64,000 nt of DNA from Thalia democratica (taxonomy: Eukaryota): contig OZ241828.1 in the NCBI GenBank assembly GCA_965202585.1, positions 31,248,001 through 31,312,000 of the forward strand. The letters run 5' to 3'. The notes under the pieces were generated by a model. The model ran no database searches, was not told the origin of the DNA, and worked only from the letters and a program-made list of their open reading frames with translations. The translations under genes and the position numbers were made by a program. The number at the start of each line of letters is the position of its first letter. Position 1 is the first letter of the stretch. Of the stretch, positions 27,119-40,386 are shown in pieces.

Positions 27119-27775
27119 ATGTCATCTGGTCAAATAAACGAAGTCGAGGACAGCCTTAACGTGAAAAGGTTGCAAGTAGAAACTTTTAGTTTTAAAACTA
27201 AGAGCAATTTTATCATTGCTCAGCGAAATGTATCGTCTTTGGATGCTTACAACAAATCAGTACACTGCCAAAATTTTAAGAAGGCTCCTTTAGATTACAA
27301 TGATCATGAAGCTATCGTTGCGAAACGAAGACTTCAAAAAGAGCTGAGAGAATTTAATTTAAGTTCACCAGCTTACATAAGCGCTTACTTAAAAGAAGAC
27401 AACTTTTTTGAATGGGAAGCGATTATTCAAGGACCTCCAGGAACTTCTTACGAAGGCGGATCCTTCATTTTAGACTTGATTTTTCCAGCTAATTACCCGT
27501 TCAGGCCACCAAAGGTTACTTTCAAGACCAAAATATACCATTGCAACATTAACAGCGATGGTTATATCAGTTTAAACGTACTTCGTTCTCAATGGGTCCC
27601 GGCTATGACCATAGAAAAAGTTTTGCTGTCAATTCAATCTTTTTTCACCGATTGCAACCCTGATGACTGTCTCGTGCCTGAAGTAGCAGCTCAGTACGTC
27701 AACAATCGCGAAGAACACGACAGAGTTTGTAGGGAATGGACAAAGAAGTACGCTACTGAAGAAGCTGAAATGTAG
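27119..27775 (+). CDS. UBE2E-like: Intronless UBE2E-like ubiquitin-conjugating enzyme variant, catalytic Cys replaced by Ser
   Basis: Full UBC fold: KRRLQKEL...EWEAIIQGPPGTSYEGG...YPFRPPKVTFKTKIYHCNINSDG...TDCNPDD...EWTKKYAT. The HCN motif, N-terminal extension and YAT ending are class E features. First ATG is at 27119; AATAAA near 27882. Confidence 0.92.
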   Translation: MSSGQINEVEDSLNVKRLQVETFSFKTKSNFIIAQRNVSSLDAYNKSVHCQNFKKAPLDYNDHEAIVAKRRLQKELREFNLSSPAYISAYLKEDNFFEWEAIIQGPPGTSYEGGSFILDLIFPANYPFRPPKVTFKTKIYHCNINSDGYISLNVLRSQWVPAMTIEKVLLSIQSFFTDCNPDDCLVPEVAAQYVNNREEHDRVCREWTKKYATEEAEM

Positions 27776-30700
27776 TGATCTTATTGAATGAAGTACTGTG
27801 ACTTATTTGAACAATTGTATTTATAACATGCAATGTAGTCTAGACGATGTTATGTTTTTAAGTTTAGTAGTATTTAGATTAAATAAAGTTTAAACAAAAC
27901 AATAGATTGTTTCTATTTATATAAAGCTAGCTAGTTTTAAACAAGGTTACAAGAAAAAAGTAAACTTTAAATACTTGATAAAAGTCTTTTTCATAAAAAT
28001 TTTATGCCTAAGTAGCTTTGTGCGATATTATTATACCCACAATGGCGGTAAAAAAATTAAATTGTTTTACGTTTTGCTTAAATTTCTATGTTAAAAATAT
28101 CCTTTAAGTTTATAAAGTAGGCATTCATCGAATATATTTATTATATATATCACAACAACAAACAAAGCATGATGTGTTTCTATCACAATGATTTTAATTA
28201 TCTTTATATATTTTTTAAACCTTTTATATTAATGCCAGTAAAATAAATTCTATAAATTAAAATGATAAAACATGTATTAAAGTATCATTCATTTGAATTT
28301 TTAAAGTTAGTTTATAAGTATTATTGATTAAACATTGTTTCTTTTGAGTTTTTTACAAAAAATTAAGGCTTTAAAAAAAATGAATATAAAAATTATTATT
28401 CTTATAAGACAAAACAAAGTTTAGTTCTAACTGGCATATTTTTTAGTTATACAATTATCAAAAAGTTAAAAATATTTTGTATATATTTAAAACAGTAGAA
28501 ATGTAGAAGCTTCACATGTAAAGCTATTCTTGAGAGCTCGTAATAATTAAATTAGCTTTTACAAAATATTTACCCGCTATAAGCTTGTAAACAAAAGGAA
28601 TGTATCATTCAAAAAAAAAAAAAAAAAAAAAATTAATGTTGTATGTTTTGTAACAATACATGCTTAGGATAAAGTTGACAAATACCATTAAAGATCTACA
28701 TAAAAAAGTAAGGCTAAAACTAATAATATTTCATTAATAAGCACTTAGCAGATGGTAACCGGCAGCTTTGAAACCTTTTATGAATAAAATTAGCTAGACA
28801 TGTTTGTAAAAATGTTTATATCTCTAAACAAAAGTGATATATGTAAATTTTAAGTTATAAAATGATTTTATTTCAAGAAAAATATTGTGAGAGACAATTG
28901 TACATGTGTTAACAGTACTATAATATTATATTCTTGTTACGGTTTTTATTTAGTTTCAAAATATACTATGTCGACAAAAAATATAAACAGTTTAGCAAAT
29001 TTTGTTTATGATAAAGCTTTAAATAGTATTTTTAAACTTTTGATTGTTTTATGCATTTGTTGTATTCTAAAGTTTGTACTTTTGATTCTATACTGAGGTT
29101 CAAATAAAACACACAAAAGTTTTTTTAAATACAAATATATATATTGGTTTGTGTTTTTTAAACAATCAGTTTCCTTCTGTAAAAACTATTACAAAGTATC
29201 TAACTATATGAAACAATATGTAAAGAAATGTAACACAATAGTTTATATAAATACAGTAAATGTCATATTTGTTATAGACTTTAAATTAGTCTTTAAATGC
29301 GTACTTAACAAAAAGTGCATTTCAAATATTTGTCATTTCAAAGTTTTATTTGATGTTGATGTGGCTATCAAAATAATTAAAGTAACAATTTCTATTTACC
29401 AACTAGTGCTCAAGAAAATTTTAAAACTTTATAAAAGATTTATTAATCAGAAATCTGTAGTTTTTAGCAAACTGTTATTTAAAACTATACAAATCGAATG
29501 CATAAAAGTAATTAAAAAGTTTAACAACTTTGAACTTTTTAAACTTAAATACTTTACCTTTATTGAAATTTAAAGCAATTTTGTCGCATTTTCAAAAGAA
29601 AATAGGAAAAAGAAAGAATCCTAATAAGCTTGTATAAAATATTTATTTGATTAAATAATAATAATTAAAATTAAATATTGTGGTTAACTAGAACTAATTA
29701 TTTCATTACTCTCAATTAAAAATTATAACAACTAATAAACAAGTTTTTAATTTATTAATGCTTAAATTAAGTCTATCACTGATAAAACATTACTATAATT
29801 TATTTTAAATACAATAGTGGTGTTACAATTTAGTTTTACATATAAAAACATTTTTACTTTCAGACATTAAATAAGTTAGTTATAAATTTTGTAAGCTTTA
29901 TAATTTTTTCAAACCTAATAATATTTGTTTATGATATATTTCTTAAGTTGTTTAAGAACATATTTAAAATAGAAATTAGTATTGTTTAAGAAAAACTCAG
30001 AAGAATATTAAGATATGAATAAAAACAAAGATGTAGTAAAGATTGTTTCCATTTTTTTAGTGTGTTGTTTGTGTTTCCGTATGAAGTTAATTAAGCTTGA
30101 ATTTGATTAATTTTCATAAGTTTTTAACTTAAAAGTATTTTTAAATAAAGCATTTAAATAGCATCTTAATGTATAACATAATTAAATCTGCAACATAAAT
30201 AAAATAAAATTAAGTTTTTAAAGAAGTCCTCTATATTAGCCAATAACATTTGGCTTAGATAACTAAGCTGAATCAAGTTATACTAAAACAAAATTAAAAA
30301 TCTAAAGAAAAAAACTTATTTTTGTTTCAAATAAACTATATTAAGTTTATAAAGTCTTGATTGCAAAAAAGTTTTAAAACACGCTATATTTAACTGAAAC
30401 TTACTAAATACAACTACAACAAAACGTATTTTAGTGTTAAGAAGTTAAGTAAAACATACGTCATCAATAATTAAAACTTTCAAACTTAAAACCAACTCTA
30501 TGTACTTCAATTCAAATAACTAAACTTAAAAAAAACTTTATTTAATATAAAAAATAAAAAAAATTGGTGCTTAGGACTAAGAAAGCTAAAACAAAAAAAA
30601 ATAAATTAAATATATAAAACTATACCAATCTGAGTATAAGAAAAATTCTAAACTGGAACTAAATTTTTTTTATTAAATTAAAAAACTGAAATCACCAAAT

Positions 30701-31499
30701 GTATTTAAAAGAAAAATTCCTAGATTATAAACAAAGGTAATGTTTCTATGAATATAATTTTAAAATATAATGGTTTTAACTTTCAACACCTTAGCGCTTA
30801 CTAAAATAAAAAAATTCGATATAAAACTTTGCTTACGCAGTAAAATGAAAATCACAATTTTTCGCTAAAGTTTTAAGTATAATAAAATATTAATTTTTAG
30901 TTATGCACTTATTTACGATTTTGTTGTTCAGTAAGTTTAAATTTTAAAAGTTGTATAAAGTACAACTAAAATATATTGTCATTAATAAAAAATGTATGCT
31001 TACAATTTTGTAAGTTCGTCTAATAAACTTAAATGTTTGCATTGTTTTAAGTTAATATTTAAAATTAACTTTAATTTTTTAAGCTTGAAGTTATTAGCTT
31101 TAAATCTATATTTAAGTCTTTCAAGTTAAAAAACAAAACTGTTTGATTATATTTATTAGGTTACTTATCCTATGACTATTTTTATAAAGCAACAAAAACT
31201 TTTAGATTTCATTTTGCAGCATAGCTACATACAAGCATAAATTTGTTATACAACAAAATTAGATGTTTTAGCATAAGTTATGAATTTTGTTGTAAAATTA
31301 TAATCTTAACAAATAATGTTATACAGAAAGATAGTTTGCTTATTTAGTGCCTACTTGATTTACAAAAGCTGAGGAAAGCTTAAATTTAAGATTTCTATTT
31401 ATGGTTATAAAAAAATTATATTGATAAAAATCAACACAAAACTAAACGCCAAAAAAACAACTTCAAAATTTTAACTATCATTATTGCTAAGTTATTACT

Positions 31500-31613
31500 A
31501 CTTCTAATATTAGTAACGTGTTGACGAAAGTAGTAAAAACCACGAATACCAGTTTGTAGTTTTACTTTCTGAACAATCCATATTCTTTCTTCCATACTGC
31601 AGTCTTGTCCCAT
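31500..31613 (-). mobile_element. Possible relic of a Tc1/mariner-type N-terminal helix-turn-helix
   Basis: MEERIWIVQKVKLQTGIRGFYYFRQH loosely resembles the E.RI.IV...FR motif of DUF4817-type transposase N-termini. Short, and no TIR seen. Confidence 0.25.
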
Positions 31614-34600
31614 TACTAGTTTTTAAACATGCAAAACAAGGCGGAAATAATGTTTTTAATGTTAAAATAATAATTTATAAACAAATGTAAAGGTGTACTA
31701 AATAAATAAACAAAAACTATTATTGTTATGTAAAACGTATTGTATTTGTGATACATTTTTGTATTAGAGTTTGCAAAATAATCTTTACTTATGTTAAAAC
31801 TACACAAAGTAAAATATGATAATATTGTGTTAGAAATGGTTTTAAAAATAGTTCTAATATATTTAATACTGGTAAAAAAATACAAAATATTTAATAACAA
31901 GTGTATCTTTTAATTAAAACATTTAATGTGAAACAAAGTTTAATAAAAAGTTGTGAGTGTTAATTTTAATTTTTATTATTTGTGAAAACACTAATTTTTT
32001 ATTGTTACAAAAAGTATATATAAATTTATATTTTATTATTTGATTTACTAACTTGTTCATATATTTGATAATTTTAATAGACGTATTAGAATATACTTCT
32101 TTAATGTCATAAAATATACTGAACATAAAAAATTGACTATTTCTAAATAGTGCAAAAATTTATTTAAAAATTTCTAATTTTTTTACCCTTCTTTTTAAGT
32201 GAAACTAAAAGTTTTAAACAAACTATTAGCAATTAAAAATTTGTTTATTATGAACATTTAAAAAATTATAAGTTGTTGAAATCAAAATGTTTTTACTTTA
32301 ATTTTCGAATAAAAGTGTTTTTATTGCATTTAAAAATTTCCCAACTTAGTTTGAAACAATTTAAGTAAATAAGAAGTATTCTAAGAAATAATTCGGTATT
32401 TTTTTTAGGCTACTAAAAAATGATAAACTTCTAAATGTATCAATTTGAATTATTGTAAAGTACTTTTTAAGAACTAAATTAAAGACAATTTATAAATTTT
32501 TACAATAAATAAAGATATACATAATTGTTAAATAAGAGTAAAAATTTAAAAGCTTTTCGTTTAAACAGTCACAAACATAATTTAAAATAATTAAACATTC
32601 TGTAAACTATTAATCCTCAAGTTTGTATTCATGTTGTAATGTAATTTTACCCTCAATAAAAATAATAATCATTGAAAACTACAAGCAAGTATTTAAATAA
32701 ATTCTTATGTAGCTAAAAACAATATTTTGTAAATCTCAAAAGTAACGATACAATATCCGTAGTTATGAATTCTGCGTCAATTCTTAAAATAAAACTTTTA
32801 CTGACGTCACTGTAGAAACCAACGAACGCTTAGTTGTTTCTGAAGTATAATACTATGAAACTTAATGAGTTATTCGTAGTTCATTTTATTAAAAATAATT
32901 TTCTATTTTTAAAGTCGTCTACTACGGCTAAATATTTTACTGAACCAAAAAAAAAGAGCAGTATTTTGTTTTTTTTTCAATAAACCTATATACTAATAAA
33001 TTCAAATAAACTTTTTACTTTAGAAGATAATCAACTTCCAAAAATTATTCAATAGTATTAGGTGATTATAATTAAAAATAATTGTACAACCTGGAACAAA
33101 AAATTATTTCATTAAACTAGTTTTTATGAACTATAAAAGTACATAGCAATAAGTTTTTACTTAAACAACGTATAATGACAAAACATGACTTGAGTCTTCT
33201 AAATGTTATCATTTTTTAACAAAAGATAAAATACACTAAACTTTTCATAATTCTACTAGCATATTGAAACAAAATTTTTTGTAACCTTTAATTTGTATGT
33301 ACCGGTGTGTTTAAGCTATTTTTAAAAGTTAAATTAATTTAACTCTTAGATGAATACAAATTAATAACTCATTCATATAATGACTACTTCAATGTTTGAA
33401 CAGATCGAATTTTTCGTATTTAAACATTTAAAAATTTCATATGAACATACAGTTTCTTGTATATAAGTAATTTGTTCAACAAATTGGCTACTACAGTGAC
33501 AAAAGCTTTTTTTCTCTGATTTATATTATAAACACTTTTAGTTATTCGTGTAATAATTTGAAGCTGCTATTCGTCAGCTAAAAAGATTAATTTTTTAAAA
33601 CAAAAGTATAGTTTTACAGAAAAACTAAAACTAGGCTTTAAACCTAAAAATGCTAGACTGCTAACAGCTATATTACAGCAAATTTTTTTAGTTTAATTCA
33701 GCTGTTATCAGTGGTTCAAAAAACAGTTTTAATTTACTACTACACTTACTTCAATAAAATTTGGCTAGCAACTATTTTTTATATGTAGTACGGTCCGGGA
33801 TCAGCTTTTTATAGATATTTTTTTAAAGACTTACTAGACACTATGAACTGTAGCCTTTAATGTTTATAAAACCTTTTTTTGTAACAATATAATTGACGTA
33901 ACATATGAACCAAGGTTAAGTTTTAAGAACAAAATAGTCTTACAATTTTATCCACTAGTTTATATTTGTACGTATAGTAAATATTTCGTAATAATGATTT
34001 AGTTATTAACAAAAAAAAACAGTATTGGTAGAAAATATAAATTTATTCTTGTAATATTGCTTTTGAAAACATACAAATGTTTAGTTTCAAATTAATATTT
34101 CGATTTCAATTTTTTCAAAACCATCAAATCTGTTCAAACCGCGTCATTATCATCATGACTTATTTTAAATATTTTTACGAAATATAAGTAGAAAGAAGGT
34201 GCTGTATTATACTTACCTATTGGTAAAAAAAAAATTTTTTAGTTTATTGTAAATATAATAACCCTTATAAACAAAAAAATAAGTCAAAGTCAGTAATAAA
34301 AAAAATGAAAAAAAAATCATTTGAAAATCATCATTATAAATACCTTAAGAAAAGATGAAGTTATGTATTATTTATACCTTAATATTTTTTATGAATAAAA
34401 AGAACTATGTTAAAAAGTAGAATTTTTAAATTCTTAATTATAAAAAGATAAATTTAGATCTAAAACAGAATAACTTGCATTACTATAAAAAAAGTTAAAA
34501 CTAATTTCATTTATATAAAATACTTAGCTTTTAACATATTCTTTTTTTACAATCATGAAAAACTACAAATTAGTTTTGTACTAAAATATCGAAAAAAATG

Positions 34601-35620
34601 CAAAGGCTTTGTTTGTGTTCTAATTTAGTTTTATTTTAAGTTTTAGGCTCAGACCATATCTTAATTTTCGTATTGTCATAAAATTTTTTGTGTACATTTA
34701 CTAAAACATTTTAAAGTAAATATATAACTTAGCTAAGTTTTGTTTAGTGTTTTTTTCATTTTGTTGACTGTTTTGATTCAAAAGGTTAAAACATTAGAAG
34801 ACAAAAACAAACTAGCTTATAAGAGACTGTAAAAGCATGTGATTTACGAATTGTGACTAAATGTTTTTTTTTATTACACCAGGTCCTTAGACCAAAATTA
34901 TTTGAGCGTTTTTTATCGTTCAATAAACAGTTTGAATTCGAAATCTAACAAAACTATGAAAAATGATTTGATTTTAAAACATAGCTAAAATTAATCTTGC
35001 AAGCTAGGTAAAAGTTAATGTAGTGATATGAAAAATATTTCAAACTCAAAAATAAGAATACTACACTAATTTTTTGAAAATTGTAAAAACAGTGTTCTTT
35101 TGTTAAAAACATTAATGTTAGCATTTATATTGATACTTCATGCTGTGAATCAATATGGATTTACAATCTAATAAATAAAAACAAAATTAGCAAAACCACA
35201 ATTAACCAATTTTATGAAAATTTTATTTCTTTTCAAAAACTTACTAAAAAAATACATAACTTTACTAATTCGAACAGCTTTTTTCTGGTGAATAACTTAT
35301 TTTAAAATATAACATAATACATTTAGTTTTCTTAAAATTAGTTTTAGTACTTTCGTAGTAAGGCTCATCACAAATAGTTTCTTACTAAATTGGAATAATT
35401 ACAAATTGAAATAAAATCATACTGAAGTTTAAAGTTTCAAGATATAAAATGATGTAATAATCAAAGGTTAAAATTTAAATAAATGCTTATGTTAAACACA
35501 TTTGGTATACTAATAAAACTCGTTAGAATTAAAACAATCTACATAAACAGACGATAAAAATAAAAATTAAAACCGTACTTAACAAATAAATTATAACAAA
35601 AAAATAATTACTTAAAATAA

Positions 35621-36278
35621 CTAGTATAAGGACTTAAAAAAAGTAACATCATCTATAAATCTAATTGTCACTGTGGTAGTGACTACGTGGGAAAAACATC
35701 TCAATAGTTTCATGTAAGAATCGATTAGCATGTTCCGAAAGTCTAGAAAAGCTGGTTTTATGGCCGTTCTAAGAAACCAACGAAAACATACTTCTCGGCA
35801 ATCGGGCAATATTTGCTTGGAAAAAAGTTGCCTGCTATTGCTAGGAAACCCTTGTTGCTGCCAGTGTGCTGGATCTAAAGGAGTCTGATGAAAGTAAGAA
35901 GAAGTTGTTAAGCGCATTTGATTGAAGACTTCGTCTCGATTCTGTTTTTAAATTACAGATGAATTCTACCTAAATAGTTTAATAACTATATGACGTAATA
36001 GTTTATTAGAATTGCTTAGTTCTATAGAAAAGTAAAAAACTCCGAAAATTATTAATCTGCTTAAACAAAAATTTAAATTGATCAAAAGTTCACCTGTTGC
36101 AGAGTAAGAGCCTTAACAGGTTCATTTCCAACAGGAAAGTTACCTTGGTATTGGGGATTACCCTGATTATACTATAATTATGCTGGAAACCAAAACTTCT
36201 TATAATTTGAGGTCTAGGAGGCGTAGGGGGACAACTGCATTCACATGAAAAACATTTTTTACAACCTGGTTCTTCCAT
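35621..36278 (-). pseudogene. Unit E: exons 1-2 only, no homeobox
   Basis: Exon 1 36278-36094 (MEEPGCKKCFSCECSC) has a 1-nt deletion relative to paralogs. Exon 2 from 35941 (NRDEVFNQM...HWQQQGFPSNSRQL) turns into unrelated sequence near 35825. No homeobox exon was found between here and unit D. Confidence 0.75.
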
Positions 36279-36299
36279 GCTATGAATTTCTAATCTATT

Positions 36300-38970
36300 T
36301 TTTTAAACTTTATTATAAAACAATTTATACACTGAACTTATTTTAATTTATAAATAGATTAATTTGTTACTCAACAGCATGATTAAGTTGTTAAACTAAC
36401 AAATGTTAAATGGAAATTCATAACTCTACCATTATTGCACTTATGTGTATTTTGTAGTTCAAAGATCTTAAAGATAGTTTATATTTATTTAATTTATGTT
36501 TTTACAGTCTTCAACCTAAACCAAACATTAGAAAAATAATTTAAAAAGTAAACTGCTACCAGCTAGTTACTTGATTCAGTTTTGCTAAACTTAAAAATTA
36601 AATTATATGCTTATCCCCATATTGTAAAAGTCAAGTATGATAAAACTTATGATATTGTTAATAGCAGTTTTTTAATATTTTGTTTCTAAAGTAATATAAA
36701 AAGTAAAAATCACTTATATTATTAATTTTAATATTTCATTGCAACTATATTTAGCAAATGCTTTACGTGAAAGTATTTACATTATTGAAGCTAATAAATT
36801 ATCAAAAGTAACTGTCATGTTTTTATACTTGCAAATTTTTTCTTAAACTATTTCTAATTATAATACAACTTAGTCTAAAAGATTTAAAGTATTTTTACTA
36901 AAGTTCTATTTATGTAAAATATTTTAGTTTTTGATTTAAATGGTACTATAAGTTTGAAATAATCACTTTACTTAACAAACATAATAAATCTTAATTTGTT
37001 TATAAAAAAAGGTTATTCTAGAAAAATTTAAAGATTAAAATACTTTTAAAATACATAGTAAGCACTTAGGAATTGATATTGAATAACTACCAAAAAAAAT
37101 GGAAACTTGCTACTTTTTTTTATTTAAACTTATTAAAAATCTTGTTTAGTATTTTAAAGTTAAAATTTATTGTGCAAAAATTTTTGTTTTTTTAATTAAC
37201 TATCCTCTTACTTTTCTATCAAATCTATTTTTGTTTTGTGTTTATATAACTAAAACAGTAGTAATAAAAATTAAAAACAACAAATATTTCTATTTGTTTT
37301 AAATTAAAACAAACTATATTTTTTTTTGTTTAAGGATGTCAAAAATCTAAGGATAAATACATTTATAAACTAGCTTAACTATATTTTATTACTTATCATG
37401 CTAGTTTAGTCATCTTTTAGTTTTAGTTTTATGTTAAAAGAGATTTTTTTTATTAACATAAAAAAAAAAGTTTATAGACGTGTGGAGTTGATTTTATTTT
37501 TGTAAACTCGGTTTTTTGTTTAATATCCATCACTGTTGCTATCAAAAAGTCGAGGTGAATTTCGTTTTGTAAAACGTAAAGTTTTTTCAAAATATTTAAC
37601 TATTTTTCAAAGCGAAGCTACTTAAAGTTTCTATTGAGAAACGTGCTAAATACTTTCAATTGTAACAGTTTTAAATTTGTTCAAACTACTATCATGTTTT
37701 AAATATAAATTATTGTGTAGTTACTGTTTATTTTGAATCTGCGCTTTTTTTATTTGTACTCTTTTTTTTGTTTATATATTTGTATAATTTTTATGATAAC
37801 TGACACAAGCAATGTTTATCAAATTTTGACTTTTTCTCTATTTAAAAGATTGATTTTTTTTTTGAATTCTTTTTGTATCAGATATTTATTTTTTTAGAAA
37901 GTTGTGTCTTGCTTTTTTAAAACATTAACATTAAATAATGTAAGTTTTTTTTTGTCGTGTTTTATGCATTTAGAATTTATTTTAAAAACAAAAAAAATCA
38001 AGGTTTTATAGCTTTTGTTTTTTTTTATTTTTATAAACTCAAATATTTAGTTTTTTAACAACAGGCCGTTTCTTTATATGTCCCTATAAACTATATTTAA
38101 AGTAGCTTAATCTACATTAAATTGAAAACTTATTTGTAATAATTTTTGAAAACATTTCATATGCATTAAATACTCTACTTTATATTTAAAGGAAAAATGT
38201 ATATCTTATTTTTAGGGAATTTTATATTAATTTGGAAAAAATTATAAAAACAGTACCGCAGTAACAGTTTCATGTTTATAATAAAAAACTTAGAGGCCTT
38301 TATCTTGGAAACTAAAATAAAATGTAATGTCAAAAATGTAAATTTATACTTGTAAAAAGTTTTATAAATTATTAAACTTAAAGAAAACACTTTGAATTCT
38401 TCTATATTGAAAATATATGCCAATAAAAATAGTTAGTAAGTTGCTGAAAGCACTAACTTCACATGTTAAGTTTAAAACGTACTTACTTTTTATCTGATTT
38501 ATCGATAAAATACAAATTGTTTCTAAGTTATAAAAAACAATGAATCATTTACACAAGTGTTATAATAAAATTCTCTAATATTTAATACTATAATTATAAA
38601 AGATAAGTAGCTTTTGAATAATATGCTAAGATATTTAATTTAAATTCAAAAATGTTTAAAAGATATGAATTTTCTGTATACTGCGAAGATAATTATTATT
38701 TATACCCGAACAACATAAATAATGTTGAACAAAAACCTATGCTTGTAGAAACAAAGTTTTAGCTTAAATTGCATGATAAAGCCATAAGAAATTCAGAAAA
38801 AAAATTTACTTACTTCATGATTTTTCTTTTTATTTAGACTTCTACTTATAGAACTGAATTAAGTTAAACAAACATATTAACTATTTTTAAAAATTAAAGA
38901 GCCTTCTTAAACTGTTATGAATTAAAAATCTAAAGTTGTTTAATTTACAAAAAAACTACTAGCTACAAAT
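36300..38970. repeat. Non-coding segment duplicated, with rearrangement, at ~50460-55290
   Basis: For example 38460-38530 matches 55195-55260, 38700-38770 matches 52680-52745, and 36300-37200 matches 50460-51400. Confidence 0.7.
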
Positions 38971-39011
38971 AATTGTCCAGTAGCTTCGGGTTGCCTAGAA
39001 ATTTGTAGCTG

Positions 39012-40386
39012 TCAAGTAGCTTGATGTTGACAAGAAATTTGTGGTTGTTCAGATTTTTTTATTTGAACATTAGTATTTTTGAGTTGTCGTCGTTTTTTAA
39101 ATTTCTCTCGTCTGGCTTTTGCTCTTCGGTGCCAAAACCAACTCTAAAGTTTTAATAATTAAAAATTGAAGCTTTTTATTTAAATAAGTGATTTATTAAA
39201 ATCTAGACCGATGCTAACATTTACTAACATGTATTCGAAAATATAAATGCTGAATTTCTTTTAGAATAGCTGTATACAGCCGTGGCAGCTTTAAAAGTCA
39301 TTAAGTCACAACTAAACAGTTTTCAATATCTAACCGCTACACGTCTTAAAGGCACACGAATTTCATTTGCAATACGCTTTCTATTTTCTAAATTCGGATT
39401 CTTATTAATCAAGAACGCACCATTCAAAAAACCCCTCTGAAATTCATCCAAACACTGGTTTGGGGCTAATGTTTTTGTGCCGGGCTGGTACCTTAAGGAG
39501 GCTCTATTATCATTTGACGACCCTGTAGTAAACAATGCTAGTTTATTACACCTCCCAACTATATTTGTTTTAGCATGGTAAAAGCACACCTTCCTCATTA
39601 AATAATTAGATTTGTATTTATTTGTAGTTAATTAGTGTAACAAAAATAAAAACACAATGGCAGCTAAGAAGCTTAAGTATTAGTAATGCCTAAAATAAGA
39701 GTTTTTTGTAAGTTTATTACTAATAAAATTAAACTACTATATACAGTTTTTATTTCAAAATTTTTAAAATTCTTCCTTCTTATGAAAATAGTTACTTTAA
39801 CACCTTACTTTTTGTTATGGTTTTTGATACAGCTAATTAAACAAACCAGTAATTGGATAATTAGAATATTGGGAACTGAAATGGTTTGGATTTAGACTTA
39901 GACGTTGTTGTCCAACATAATTGGGTGAATTTAAACTCGCTAATGGGTAACCATATAGGTGATTACTGTTGCTAGGAGGAGTTTGTTGTTGCCAGAGTGC
40001 TGAAACTGAAGGATTCTGGTGAAAGTTAGGAGAGGTTGTTTATTATAAAATTTAAGTTTTAAAAGTACAAATAAATTGTACATTATTAATTTAATAATTG
40101 TTTGAACATAATGTTGTGTTAGGATTGCTTATAAAGAATAGTATTAAATTTTGAAAATAAAAAATCTGCTAAAATAAAAAGATAAAATATAAACTTTCAC
40201 AGGTCCAACGTTAGCAGTAGGAAAGTTTTCTCTGTGTCGGGGATCACCCTGAAAACCAGGACTTCTAATTTGTGGTCTGGGATGAGGAAAAGAGAGTGGG
40301 GAGCTTCCCTGAAATAAAATTCTTTGATTTTGGGGATTTCTCTGTTGTGAAAACCTTGGATTTGAGGAGGTGTTGTGTTTGTCCAT
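39012..40386 (-). CDS. Unit F: short PRD-like homeodomain protein (~238 aa) or pseudogene
   Basis: Possible exons 40386-40195, 40015-39847, 39558-39335, 39143-39012 join in frame if non-ancestral splice sites are used for intron 1. Helix 3 is RVA|SWFWHRRAKARR. It lacks both the Cys motif and the terminal motif. Confidence 0.6.

Noticed and set aside
28611-28632. 22-nt poly(A) as the retrocopy tail of the UBE2E-like gene
   Set aside because: It lies over 700 bp past the nearest clear AATAAA, no TSD was found, and A-runs are common here.
28887-32126. AT-rich ORFs of 60-140 aa (e.g. 28887, 29151, 31616, 31923)
   Set aside because: K/I/N/F/L-biased, no motifs, often non-ATG starts; expected by chance. 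The same applies to similar ORFs at 13841, 18840, 19200, 38175, 49070, 53555 and 62604.
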